Shown: piece by piece, positions 13,201-28,200 of the stretch
Layout: each line of letters starts with the position of its first letter
How positions within the stretch are numbered: the stretch's first letter is position 1
Source of the DNA: Botryllus schlosseri
Taxonomy: Eukaryota
NCBI GenBank assembly: GCA_051294905.1
Contig: CM119375.1
Location: 26,288,001-26,352,000, forward strand
DNA length: 64,000 nt
Direction of reading: 5' to 3'
Made by a program: the position numbers and the translations under genes
The notes under the pieces: model-generated
What the model saw: only the letters and a program-made list of their open reading frames with translations
Told to the model about the DNA's origin: nothing
The model's database searches: none

Positions 13201-16200
13201 TGAAGCGTTTTTTAGGAAACCTAACTATTCTTTCATGCGACCATTGAAATGTAAAGAAAATTAGGTTTCAGACAGCAGGTTTGCAATCACTCGAGTCATG
13301 ACTCGAGTAATTTTGTAAAATATGGAAAATGACTCGACTCGACTTGACGCAATTCATGTATTGAGTAGACTTGTGCTAGAGTCATGACTCGAGAATTGGA
13401 TGGTTAAGACAGGCATTTCGTTCTAAATTCGAAGAATAAAAGCTACCACTTTATTCGTATTTCGTCTGTCAGAACTGGTGTTTGTGAAATAGGGACAGAA
13501 ACTGTTGAAAGTGAGGAAAATTCCTATATCATGAATGCGAGGCATTTAATATCCCCCAAACAGCGTATAAAACTGATTTTGAACAGGATTGAACTTAAAA
13601 AGGAACAGTGAACACCATCACTTGGACTCTGATTTGACTCGGTGGTGAATTGAAAATGACTTGAGTCGAGTCAGAAACTATAAATATAGAATGGACGTGT
13701 GACTTGGCTACGACCTTGCTGAACAGTCTCAACATGGTTGTGACTTTAACTTAGCTGCACACATCCGTCAAGCAATCGTAGTGTGACGTCTTAAAATTCT
13801 CACCAATATCATTGTTCAAAATGACGATGGTTTCGTTCTTTTGAAGCGACGCGCCTCCAGTAGGCTCGCCCAGCACAATATCAAACGTCGCAGAGTCCTC
13901 TTCGAAGATGTGAGGTTTCATCGGCATAGGCACCATGATTTTTTGCACCACTTCGCCATCGCGGAACACTAGATTTCCGTCATCCGGAATGTAATGCATT
14001 CCACCTGTATGGTATTAAGGTACATGTTGACACAAATCGATATACTATCACATGTTACAGGCAGTTTGTACAAGTCTGATCTCTGTAGTGTAATATGTTC
14101 GAATTTACTGTTATAACCTCACTGTGCACAAAATAGATCAAATTATTCCTGACAGCTGCAGTAGACAGGGCGATCTCCAGATCACTTTGCTGCAGATTTT
14201 AGTGCAATTTTTGTACCTAAACCCTTGATATGATTAGATTACATTCAATTCAAAGATACGATCACAGACTATATCAACCAATTGTTGATATACTTATATT
14301 CAATACTTATATATCATCCAATTGCACATTGAAGTTCTTTACCTGCAAGAATCTCTACATCCCAAACTGTACATTTTATATGAGAATTCTTTTGCATTGA
14401 TCTTACTGTGACTGATAAATCTTTTCTGTGTCATGGGTAGTTTGAATTACATGTTTGAAGCTTTTGGCGATGATGAATTGAATGAATTTTGCTTCGTCTC
14501 TCACTCTGGCAATCGATGAATGTTATTTATGAAGAAGGACTTACCAATGGCACTGCGATCTCTTGTGAACCATGGTACCGACACAGTACCATCAGCCCCG
14601 GAGCTTCTGTGAACTGGGATGAGTAGTTGCTTGTCATTGCAGCTGAATTCATATGTGGGTTTTGCAAATCCGAGAGCACCAGCATCTAGTGAAGTATTGA
14701 CGAAATTCATAAGTATGCCGGAAATTTGACAAATAAAAGTATATTGAATAATATGAATGAATAAAATAAACTTTCTGTATATTATACGGCCAGTTACTAT
14801 CCATATTTTTGACTTCAGTACTGCTAATAATGTGTAGTAGACATAGGTTATTATTTATTTCGAAGGAATATTACAGTATGGAACATGTCTATTTCCAATA
14901 GGGCTACACCCGTGACAATACCTCTGTCTTTCAAAACAGTGATCACCGTTTCGCGAACGCCAAAGTTGACTTTGTCCAGCGGGTCGACCAAACTGATCTT
15001 GAAGTTTGCGTCTCGGCCCGGGAATTCCTGGTACAGTATGATTTCGATGGCAGCTTCGCGCTCTCCATCTTCGAACTGAACGATTCCTGTGAAAAGATCC
15101 ATGCCTGATAGTCAAAGCGAGACCTTTGCAGGTATTTTCTATGATATATTATATGAGGTTCATGAAGGTACAGAACTTCAATATACAACTGTATATATAT
15201 ATATATATATATTGATTTACACACATATTTTTGGCTGGTACGAGTCAGGGGTGATAGTCAGCAACTAGTAGAGATTTCAAAAGAACTTTGTATATCATCA
15301 ATTGTATAACCTAATATGAAGGCTTTGATATACAAATATCTCATGAAATCTCTTATCCCAGACGAGTGTCAGCCGGAAATATTCTGGTTTATTTCATTAT
15401 CAATATGTCATTCAATTATATATTACAAAGGGATAATTCTAGTATATGATAATTGTGGAATACTGGACTACAATGCAATAGCTAACAGTCTCAAACATTG
15501 ATATCAACACGGAACACAACACGTGGTGAAATTACAGTCAGCGGCGCTTTTTGGTACTAGCAGGAGGTAGGAGTCAGAACTGCTGTTGCGAAATTAGTGA
15601 CGCATTAGCGATCTTGAGTCGTGAATTTCATTAATAAAAAGTCACTACTCGGTCTGCGGACGAAATTGTCTTGAATCCGCACCAAATTTCATTCGCATTT
15701 TCTTTTTTCAGAAATATGTCACAAAACCACACCTTCTCCCCAATCAATATCCTCCGATGCGTATGCCCGTTGCATTTCGTCTTCGTCCGATGAAGAAGTC
15801 CGTCTCTCTCTTTGAGCCGAAATCGACCTCTTAGCTGCACGTTGGGAGATATTGGTAGTTTCGTATCGGAGGATCAAGATACCGTCGGTATCCGATCTAT
15901 GCACTGGCACCAACGCGGATCCTTGGGATTGGGCGAAGTGATGGCGTTTACGCAAGAATTCAACGTAGGTTTCTGGAAGGTTTGGATAAGACTTTTAGTA
16001 ATTGCAGTGGTTCATTGGGTAAGACCCATTTAAGCTTGGCTACTGAGAAGATATGATAAATAATTTTGTACGCGCTTAATGCATTTCGATGTCATATATT
16101 TACAGAGTTGTTCAAAGCGGTCAGACTTGCAACTCAAGTAGAGGTAAAAGTCTACGAGTAAGCTGTTACAAATGTAGATATGCAGATTTGGTCGAAAGGT

Positions 16201-19200
16201 CACATAGGCTACTTTTAGCTGGTAATTGAGATGGCTATTTCCAAATTGCGAAGATTATTATATGATGTGCTCATTGTAATTGTAAAGTAAACTGCAAATA
16301 AAGAATTTTAAATCAAGCAAGCTGATGATATCGTGCATTGGTGCCCCATAGCAAGATTCTCCACCAGACGAAGTTTTTAGTAATGTAACAAATCTCTCCA
16401 TTGAATTGGTTGTACATTGGGATGTCAAATTCTACAATGTCCGACATCAAAATCTTTCAATGCAATGCTCTCAACTCGACGAATTAAAGCCTAATGAGTG
16501 ACAAACATCTCACACAATTATCGCATCAAAACAAATATTATATTTCACTTCATGCCACAAAGTTTTCTTCTGCCCGCACCCATGATTGTATCATGTAGTT
16601 GTCACATGATATTTATATCCGTAACGATTCAATGCATGCATAACATTTTATAAAAGCCATAAACGCTATTATAAAAATTTTCTTTCGGCGAGACACTATT
16701 AAGTATGAACCTTTCAAATTGTATGCCAGGCCATTAATGAGTTGAATTATCAAATTATTTATAAAATTGAAGCCGCATGCAACATGAATTTGCCGAAAGC
16801 CAGGCAGTTATGGCAGCACAATGATATGAAGCACCCAATTATAAGGAAAATTGAAGCAACGTATTATGTTAGCGAATGAGTGATTCCCGTGGATACCTGG
16901 AGCTGCAGCTTGCTGGAACTGCTCAACATATCTCTCTGGAGAAATAGAATCGGAATATAAACAAAACAAATTAACAGCTGAATTGATTGACGGTAATATT
17001 ATATATTGGTCTTGACATCAACAACGTTTTAAAGCACTTACGTTCTGATGGTTCAAGTATAACCTCCGTGCTGGAGACCTCGCCAATTTGTCCTGGTCCC
17101 ATGATTTCCGTTATGCCGACGGTGAAGTTGGCTGTTCCATTTGTTGGTGATTTTATGATCGGTATCAAGATATCTTTGCTGGTTTCGCCAGGTTCGAAAA
17201 CAAGGTTTCCTGTCACATAGCAGGAATATATTATGGGTCCATGACGCCGTGAATATTGTCAGAATTGCAACATACATACATACAACATTTGTGTAGCCAT
17301 CACAGACCAGCAATAATAATTGCTTCATTAACACCCATCAAACTGACTAAATATTCTGATATATTCTAAACAAAACTTTCAGGATGTCACAAGTGATAAT
17401 GTCATGGAACACCTATAAAGGTATTTATCAGAATAACAATCTGCTTCGAGTAGACTAATATAATTTCTACAGAAATATTGTTACTGTGGAACCATTTGAT
17501 ATAATTAACTCTGTGTAAAGTTTTCATTTTCTTTATGCCATGGATTATATTTGAAAAAATGATACAAACATGAACATGACCAAGATACGGCCGAAAAAAG
17601 ATGAAAATTTTACAAAACTTGATTTTCTATCAATTTGAAAAAGTGATCTCAAAATTTGAAAAATGGACATAAGCTTCTTTGATTCCACTGTGACGATATA
17701 CTGATAGTACTGATGTTGCATAGATGACTAACTACTTCTTTTCATAACATTGCCAAATTAATCTCTTCCTCGCAAATACAAAGGCAAAAGTAATATTACC
17801 GTTTCCGCCAACAAAATGAACTCCATTCTGTGCAGTGCCGTCTTGTGTACACCAGCCAACGCATGTCATATCGTTGACATTGCCATGTCTGACAACTGTG
17901 CCTCGGATGACTTCGGCCGATTGCATACACAAGGTAGGAGATGCCATTTGTATGGTAGGCTCATCTGAATTTGAATATCGAGGTAAAATTCATCAATTTA
18001 AATAATGTTTTTCCCGAAATAACCATTTAATCTGGCTATTGATGATTTTCAGTGTTACCAACATCCACATGTGCTTGTGGAGTAACAAGTTGGAATAGTG
18101 GTGCAAACACACCCAAGAACTACTTTCTACTTGGAAAAAAATTCGCAGGGTAGGAAATACCTAATTTCGGATGATAAAAGAAAACTGCAAATCTTGACTG
18201 ACTTCAAACAAAGTTTCATCAAATTAGGGTACGGAAATAATCAAGATATGTTGGACACCGCATCAGACACTACTGCACTAAATGTCATGGAAATAGCCGA
18301 AGCATTACTGCAAAAATTCAACGCTATTTCGATATCGCTGGATAATAGCATACCTGCTTCGCCAATGATAGAAACCACGGTCTTGCTGGCGGCTCCTAAC
18401 TTCCCTCCTTCCTTTGGCTGCAAAAGTACAAGCACAAACGACGTTGATGGCACGTCTTCCAGTCCAATCTCGACACTCGCACTAATCTGGCCGTCCTCAT
18501 AAAGCAGGTGGCCTTCCGCTCCTGCACGAAAGTATCATAAAAATTAGAAATTTGATACAAACAACTGACAATACAATTGGTTGGCAACTTGAAAACATTA
18601 CACAAAACAATTCATCAATGTGATTCGGCCAGTACCAATGTTCTAGGCAGATATCAGTACAACTCTACTAAAAACAATAAAAATCCATATACTGTAGATC
18701 GCCAAAGAAAATTTCAAAAGTTTAAGCAAGTAATTTGGTTGCACATTGTACAGATTAATAGGTATAGTCGGATGGATATAATCAGACAATTCTAATTAAA
18801 CTAATTAGAGGGAAATGTCGGTAATCTAATTCTAATCTAATTTGTGACACGTCACTCTGCTATCATTGCAATTTTAATCTAAATTTCGGTTTTCCTGAAA
18901 ACAGGGCATGGTATGGTATGGAATGGAATGGGAATGGGAATTTTCCATACTCCATACCCGCCAAATCGTTCCATACCATACTTGGCAATTTTCCATACCA
19001 TAGCAACATTCTTCCATACCCTATTTGATACTTTTTCCATACTTTCGCGACTTACCCGACCTCTCAAGTGATATTCTATTTTTGTTATGTGGAAATGTTG
19101 CGGCGTTTTTATTCTAATTATTTTGGATGACATCATCCATTTAAACAGCCCTGATGCACCAATGATGCACAGTTTCTTTATATCATATGTCGTCAGCAAT

Positions 19201-22200
19201 GTATGTTGCCTAATCGTCGATGACACACGGGATTATTTGAAAATCACAACAGAATCGCATGGCATGTAAATCTAGTGTGGTAACGGACTGCTAGCAGTAA
19301 CATCATCTACAAAATTACATAAACCAAAGGTATAGTGACATTAGAAGATTGGTTCCCAACCCTTTTTTCTTTACTCACAACTTGAAATCTATATTTCCGC
19401 CCTGCAAAATTGCTCCCTCCAGTAAAATTTGGTCAGACTTTGGTCTGTAAAGACTTGCTATTTGTGAAAGTCAAGACCCCAGAATTGAACAGCACGCAAT
19501 GAAATGAATGAGCAGTGAACTGGTGACCGTAAACGCATGGTTGCGCCCCCGTCAAATGTATGCGTAAGCCGGCAGAAAAACAGGAAGGGCTTGAAATATT
19601 TCCAAATGTAGCGAGGTAGCATCAATTTACATGTGTAAATGCCAAACAATGCATGGGCGAGATAAATGTCCTGCTGTTAGATATGACCCGCCATAAGCTA
19701 CACTTTCGCACGCTACATAACTCAAAAGAAATATCTCATTTCGTCTGTAACAAGTCCAGCTATGCTATCAATTAGGGAGTCCGCGATCTACCTGAATATA
19801 CATATTAACTATTATTATAACGAATCAGGTGATTTCTATCACACCATTTCGCATGCGACTGAAATAACAACGTATATGCGGGAGATCGCGTGCCGCTGTC
19901 AAGTCGATTCTCGCTAATTGGAGGCATTGATAATACGAATCGCTGAATTGCAAATGAGATAATAGGCCTAAACATTAGAGATACGATCGGCCTTTCATAC
20001 AGATGTTTAATAAACAAGGTTAATAACGTAAAGACCCTAAATCGAAACCACTGCATTAGAATATATCTTAGAATATAAATTTACATCCCTACAATCATTT
20101 TGAAACAGCGGAATAAATATCTATTTTCCCACCAATCTGTGGGCCACACATTAGATTCGTTAGGCAAGATCAGGATGTCTATTCTGTCATCATAGATAAC
20201 CAAATTTCAAGAAGTTTAATGGATGTTGGAGGCCGGCATATCGTAATGGCTCTCCAAGACACGCTATATTTATGTTTGAATTACAATGATGGTTAAGTCA
20301 AATAGATATTGCGTGATGATCATCCTACCAAAGCGCATAAAATTATTTTCAAGTTCAACAAATTGATAAAAACATTTATGTAACTTTTACATTCTCAGAA
20401 TCTAGGATTTTAAAACTCTCTTGGTAGTTTACAGACTGGAAGTGCAAGTTGAAATGCAAGTTGTTACGCGACAGCGGCCGAATCTCATTCGTTTATATGA
20501 TATTTAGATTTGATTTGATTTGAATATTACTTAATAATATTATCTTCCTTCATATGCTCGTAACGCTACTTTGTTGTCTCAAAATAGATGTCGACCGGGG
20601 TGAGTGAGTGATAAATCGCAATTTGAGATATGAACATAGACAGTCGGCGATTTTCTGAGGTTTGCAATCAATTTGACAAATCGAAAGTACGATCACTGCA
20701 ATGATTCTGGCAAAACTGGCTAAGTATGGAAAAGTATGGAAGTATGGAAATAACATTCCATACCATACTCGGGAAATTTCCATACCATACCATACTTGCA
20801 CTCTTCCATATTCCATACCGAAATTTCGTTCCATACCATACCATACCATACCATGCCCTGCCTGAAAATGCAACAGGAAAGCTGTATAGTGTGACGCAAG
20901 CCAGGCTCATTTTACGTACATTTGCCATTTTCATGTTTATGAGATTGAACTCTGATTTGCTATGAATAGTACTTGATTTCCTTCTGATTTGAAATTTGAT
21001 TAAATTTCCAAGTTATTGCAAACTCTAATCAAACTTGGAAAAAAACCGTAGTTATAATTCTAATCCTAACATAATTTGGGAAAGTTGAAAATTTTCTAGT
21101 TGACAGAATCTGATTCCGACAGTTCTTCGTTAACGAAATATCAGTCACCTTCAAATGGAGATTGCTCGCGACCAGGCGGCGACTCTATTCTCCAGGGCAG
21201 ACGGACAATGCCGTCTGTGCCATTTGATCTGACGACCGGTATCATACCGCACTCCATGGCCGTGGTTTTGAACACGTAGGACGGCTTGCTGAATTCGAAA
21301 GTGCCGGGCTCTGTTCGGGGAGAAATAGTTTTTTGAACAGCCCTAGTGGATAGCTTCGCACTACATGTTTTACAGGATGCAACACAACCAATCGACACTT
21401 ACAGTCTTCTGAAGTGGAAAATAGTAATGAATCTGTAATTCTCATTGATATATGGCAAGGAGCGTAGAATTTCAGTACTATAAAAAAACACAATGTAGAT
21501 GTTTTGACATACCGCGGTTACTGATAATCGCCACGGTTGCCATGCTGAGCTGTCCGAGTTTGACGTTTTCACAGCCATCCGTGTTGAGATACACACGGAA
21601 TGTTCTGGGATCCATGGTCTGTCCGGATAACAGTATCTCCAGCTCGGATCTCGTGGAATTGGGAGCGAACATCAGGACATCCTGACGAGAGAGATGGATA
21701 GGATTCAGTACACAAGAATTGGGAAAGAAAATCAATATTATTAGGATTATTTGCTTATTATTTAGTTATATTACTTTGTAGACAAAGCTGCAGTGAAGCA
21801 GTCTGGCGACCAACAAGTCTACTACAGCTATTAGGAGTGATTGATTGAGTAATGAATTGAAAATTGAAGAAATGAAATGTTTGATCCAGGAACTCGGAGA
21901 CAGTCAATAAAAAACATGAGAATATGGGTATTTACTAGGAACAAGAAACAGATTGAAATTTGAGATGGATCTTGATGTAATTTACGAGACTTGTGAAACT
22001 AATTGGAGATTTGGTCATCTATTTTCCAATGATCCTTGTAGTCAATTTTGAAAAAACATCAAACCCCACTGGATACGGATTTGAACTAGATTTCAAGTCT
22101 AAAACACTGGAAGATTCCATAAGATTGACACAGTTGCTTATGCAGTTTGAACGTTTTTCACACACAGTAGCTTACGGATAGATTAGTAACGTGAATATAC

Positions 22201-25200
22201 CAGGCGGTATTTCACAGCAATTCGATTGTTTACCCTGCATTGTTGATAATCGACCCCCTGTTTCGCGGTGTCTTCCTCCGTGTACCAATTCACTACAACC
22301 TCTTCTTGGCAATCTCCCGTGCGCAATATAGGAATTCTGATGCTCTTCGAAGTTCCTATCACCGGATAGGACGATTTGCCGAATTGCACCACGCTTTGAT
22401 CTGACATGAAGAAATGTATAATTGTGTAACGTTGAAATCAAATATCAAAAATTATAGCCCCGTGATACACAGCGGATAACAGAGCACCTGAAAGAGATAT
22501 CTGTGAAGATATGATGATTCCTCTCGCCGAATACAATCAACCGCTATAATTAATGGACGTTGAAGACATCTTTTCTATCTGCTACACTTGAGTTGTGCCT
22601 TTGTTTAAATATTACACCATTCACCACAAATATTATAATATAAAGCTTCAAAAGCAACCCGCCTGTTACCTGAGAGAGATGCACTTTAATCTAGTAAAAA
22701 TATTGTTCTCAATGTTAATTTTCAATCGTTCAGCACAAGTTTTAACATACCATTACCGTATTATTATTCACTATTTCTCTATCATTAAATATCATTCATA
22801 TTCCATTCAATCATATTTATGTTACTCTGAAATATTGCAGAATATGATTGAAGTGAGCAAATCAAAAAATACAAGTGGCGAACGAATTGATCGTTTCAGA
22901 ATCACAGAATGGTTCGGCGACTACTTTCAAACACTTTGTCTGAAATCTCGACGACTTTCCTGTGAACTTCTTGCGCGCTCATTATTGTTTTTATCAATAA
23001 TCTACATAGTGAGAGATAAAATGGTGCATTTTTGAGATTTTCCAAATTTTGTACAATCCTAACACACATCCCGTTGTTGTTTATAACGGTGTTGAAATCG
23101 ACAGTTATCTTACATCGAACCAATTATGGAGTTGTCAACGATCCCTAAAATACAGTAATATCACTCATATCCGAGTCAACACTAGGAAACGCAAACTTTG
23201 TTGACTTCAATTCAATATGTAATTCTACCTTCTCCGCCAATGATTCTAACGGCAGCCCTCCGTGTGCCTGTCTTGGCTCCACCAGTCGCCCGACCGAGTT
23301 CAATGAAGAACTGTTTCTCGGATTGGTCTTCTTCGAAATGTGAGGGAAGCACATTGATTTCCACGTCTTTCACAATCTAAATCCAGATCACAGCATAAAT
23401 GTAGAGGCCCCGTATCCGTAATGGCAAAAATTAATGAGTCAACAGAGTCAGTTGTCAAGTCCATATATTACTGAGTCTACAACACTCTTTACAGGCAGAA
23501 TGGTATTATTGCATAATAAACCGATGTAAAATGATAGTATCATAAGATAAATAGTTTTGAATAGTTTTCCAATCCAACACACCTTGCCCTACAGATTTTA
23601 CTAAAATAAGTACTGGTACAATGCTGGTACCTGTCCTAACGAAACGAAACGCCTACTTTGCAAAGGCGAAAATAGTATATATGCTACATGAGAAATTCAC
23701 ATGCTAATAAATCAATTTAACCACGTTCTCTGAAGCAAAAAGTGATAATCCTTAACAAAGATTTCTCGATCTAGCAAATTCACAACAATCTTCTCTTCGG
23801 GTATTGAGCAAAATACAATCTTGCAGATTGAATCGCTGAACTGCGTTTTTGACAGAATAATAAGGTCTGCTGTGGATTGTGAAATTTTGAGTTGCACCAC
23901 TTGCCTATGTTATTAGGTTTGTTCGAAAATACCCTTTTTTCAAATTTGACTGGTAATTTAATAAAATTGTTAAAATGTGCTGTCCATCGAATTTAGCTAG
24001 ACCTGTAGAAGCGTAGCTGTAGGAGTGGAAAATTTGAATTTATTGATAGAAATGATTTGCAAATTTCACTGGCAATTTTGGATTTGAAAAAAAATAGTGT
24101 TTACATTCAGGAAATTCTATCATTATTAATTATAGAAATACCCACTATCCCTTACTGTTTCTATTGTCTATTTTTAGACAACCTGACAGGTAGCCAGTCC
24201 AATTTAGAAAAAAGTTATTTTGAACATATCATTTTTTGAATATACTATTTTAACAGCTTCTTGGAGGTACAGAACTTCAATATACAATTGAATAGTATAT
24301 TCATATTGAAATATTCGGGTTCATTTCAATATGAATTATTCAACTATTTTAACAGTACTTCTAAATAAAAACACGGTCAATTCAATTCAAGATTCACATT
24401 CGAGCAATCTCACCTCATTATTGCCGAATCTTATAGTGCCGCGTTCTCCAACAAAATCGTGATTGCACTTAGCAGAACCATCGACAGTGAACCATTCCAC
24501 CTCGACTGCTCCGTCCATTCCACCGAGCCGATGTACGGGAATCGATACCACGCCATCTCTTGACTTGAACGAGTAATTTGCTTTGGAGAAGCCCAGAGTT
24601 CCGGGATCTGAACGTTACAGTATCATACAAGCATTTAGTATTTTCAGAATTTACAAGAAATTTCTGGCGCAGACTTCAAACTACTGGATTTTCAAAACAC
24701 ACAGTAGAACCAACAAACTTTGAAATTCGGAACTATCTAACCCAGTGGTTCTCAACCTTTTTGTCTTCGCGGACCCCTTTCAGACCGTCACGGACCCCAC
24801 GAACCCCCACGAACCACTGATCTAACCGAAAGACAACTACTAATAACTGATAATACGAATTACTGAATTGCAAATAAGAAATATTGGTTATAGGATCGGC
24901 ATTTCAAAAGGACGGAGTTTCAAGTTCGAAATGGAAGAATTTCGTATGCCGAAACCCACCCCCTGGCTACGCCATTGTCAGTGGTGATGATTATGAGCTA
25001 GCAATGGCTGCAAGACCATCACACAACAGAACACGGATATCACGATTCAAATCAAACGACGACACATGTTTTCTAGTTGCTGTACAACTAAACTCTTTTT
25101 TAAATGTGCAGTTGGAACTAGAGTGAGAAATACTCACTTTTCAAAATTCACAACTAGAACTAGAACTACTTAAAACACTAGCAGTTAGTTGATCGTCAAC

Positions 25201-28200
25201 TAGCTAGTGCAAGTCTGGTAGAAGCATAACAAAGCGATGCATTACCAATGTCATTCAGAATGACGATTTCTGCCTTTTTCTTTTTCAGATTGATGTCGTC
25301 CATGTTGCTTTCGTCAGTCCAGTACACGCTTTGCAGAATTAGCTTCATGGATACTTGCGGCTCGCTGATTTCCATCTCGCTCATGTCCAATTGAATGCTG
25401 CCTTGATCAAATCCATCCGGTATATTGATCTATTGGAAATGCAATACTGGCGGTTATCGAGGATCTAGGGATCTAACACGTAGAAATTTAAACTGCAAAA
25501 GCAACCTGAGAATACAAGGCAACTCTTCTATTACTATCTGTAACTGCTCACCTTCCCCATGGGCTGGAGCTGTCCGTCTTCTGAAGAGGAGCTCGATATT
25601 GAACCAGTCGAATATCGGAAGCTGTCGGTGAAATCTTTAGCTCGTTTGGGAGCACATGTCCATTCCACTATGCAGTCGCCGTCTCCCGATGATTTATGAA
25701 CCGGAATATTGACGGTCTAAAATGGAAGCATCTATAAATCAATGGTTCTTAACCTTCAGTAACTTAGAGAAAGCCTTACGCTAATCTGCAAGTATTTGGG
25801 AATCGCTAATGATTGCTTAATCACAAGACAATAGAACCACCACAGTACACATCAAATACATTACTATAGAATACCAATGCACAAAATGAACTGGGCATCA
25901 ACAGAGTATTAAAAGGACAAAACCAATAAAATATCATTTCCACGCAAACAAAAAACAGAATGATGAGTATTCATCACAAATCTGTACGACTTCCGATGTT
26001 TTCTTTCAAACACTATTTTGAAATGCAAGGCTTCGCCATGGAAAGTGCCATCGTATTGTTTGGTCAAAATACAGCACCAGTTGTTCAATTGAAAGTGAGC
26101 TATTAAGATAAAATCGAAATTTCATAATGACGGGATTTTGAGTTCGAACCCAACCTCACGATGTGTCACCACAAGTCACAATTTTGCAATTGATTGCAAG
26201 TAATTGCCTGCAGCCAATACAGAAGTGATATCACAAATCATATGTCTAACTTGAGTGCGCATCTTGACCTACTGCGGAACCCGCGAGAATGGCCCAAGGA
26301 GCCTCGGTCAAGAACCACTGGCTTAGCATGGCCAGCCAACCTATAAATTCACAATAGTCACCTTTGCGCTGCGCCTTACGATGTACTTTGATTTCAAAAG
26401 TTCGACCGTACAAGCTCCAGATGGTGCAGCAGCCATTACCGGCACGATGGCGTCTGTGCAAGTAATGCAACTATTACATATGCCACGATTTTAAAAAGAG
26501 TTGGACGACTAGAAAATTCTCTGCTTTTCCAAATTGGATCAAAATTATTGCATTTGGAAACGAAATACATCAAAATTCAAGTTCAATTTATATCGAATAA
26601 AAGTTGGTTCTTATAAGAATGAGAATATTAAATGTCTGTACACTGAGCTTGGCTCGTTACACACAATACAGTACTCCTGTAACATTTAGAGAAAGACAAA
26701 AATTTAAATTAGAATTAAAATTAAAACATATAAACAGTTGACGAATTAGATTAGATTTGAATTAGTGTACCGGCACTTTGTTCTAATCAATCTACCTAAA
26801 AAACACTTGTCTAGTTGTCAAGTCTGATTGTAAGTGGAAAGAGGTGTTTACCTATTTTACTGCAGATTACAGCGACTTCTGCGCATCCGTACTCTCCAAT
26901 TTTAGGTCCCCCTGGTGTTGACTTCAAGGTTACCAAAAACGTAAGAGGCAGACCAGTTGATTTAGGATCGTTATAGATCGGTATTCCCACTTCCTTCGCT
27001 GCTTCTTTCGCCTCAAATACGATGCTGTTCATTCCGCCTTGAATTAAATTGGTGAGACATTTCATTAAAGTTTTTCACAATATTGCAGCATTATCCAGTT
27101 CACATGTCCCAGTTTGTGGGAACAATAATTACATGCATATGAAATGATGTACTTCCAGCCTTCAATGCACGTTTACGAATATAAGTGCCACTGTGACGTA
27201 AGGTATTTAGGACATACATCCCAAAGATTGAAGTATAAACAGCACATTCCACGCCAGTGCAAGCATGTTTCGAGAACAGACACTTACAACGATTTTCAAG
27301 CATGCACTTCCTTGATTAGTCAACATGCAAGCAACAACCTATCCTGTGTAAAAAACTATAATGGTGACATGATCTATACGATCTCTGTTTCATTAGAAAG
27401 TGTTAGAATTGACAATTATTCAGTTGACCAAGCACATTTTACGGAAACAAAAAATATCATCTGTACAACCGGGGCCCCGGTAGGCCCCGGTACAACCTAC
27501 AAATCTCTCTCTAGGTCGCTTTATTTGGTGTATGTCCTCCAACCTTTTTATGTCGAACATCGGTATTATTACACACATATTTCAAAGTTTCGTGTTTCCA
27601 TGGTTCCAATGTGAATTCCATGGTTTGTAATCGTGATTGTTACGTCATACATCATATTGGTATCCTTTTTGAAATTGTTTGAACCATTTTAGTTTGCTGA
27701 TACCTCTTAAGAAGAGGTCTTATAGTCGAGACAAAATGTATTCTTGGAATGTATATTGTGATTAAAGTTGAGATACTATAAAAAGAATGGAGACGACGCG
27801 ACTTGGAGAAATGCTCACCTTATTAATAACAGGCATCACTGTACACAGTTGCGCACTATCCATCGTAAATGTACATTGTACATGTACAACTAGCTGCATT
27901 TAATACAGACACGCAATTTCTTATCAAGTTATATCTAGCAATGTCGATACATTATATGTACATGGAATGGCAATAATCCAGTAGCATCCAACATCAAGGA
28001 ATACCTCTGTAATGAGTGCCGCTGACAGCAGTTCCATCCGACGTTTCGTACATGACAAATGCAGCCGAGTCCAAGTTGTTTTTCCTGGAAACCAGCAACG
28101 TAGCCATTCCAGAAGTTGCAATCGCGTCGATGCGTGGCTGCGCGAAGCTCACAAATCCCGTGTCTGAAAAAAGAAGACGCTGTTTTACGACATGAACAAC

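Noticed and set aside
15191-15210. Short microsatellites: (TA)n here, (AAAG)n about 8355, (TACCTA)n about 31635, (CA)n about 32958, (CT)n about 57980
   Set aside because: Ordinary short simple repeats with no evident functional context.
18098-18502. Plus-strand 134-aa ORF as a nested gene
   Set aside because: Its 3' half is antisense to a Calx exon, there is no recognisable domain, and no supporting plus-strand exon chain was found.
22234-23229. Two-gene model: the integrin ends after Calx7 and a separate Calx-only gene starts at the ATG at 22407 (MSDQSVV)
   Set aside because: Donor 23229 and acceptor 22400 match in phase, the ATG lies within the acceptor tract, and the A-B-C-D-E periodicity continues across the junction. 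Not fully excluded without cDNA.
27144-27614. 156-aa plus-strand ORF
   Set aside because: Intronic, with no recognisable motif or codon pattern; likely chance. The same applies to 22595-23035 and most other short ORFs in the track.
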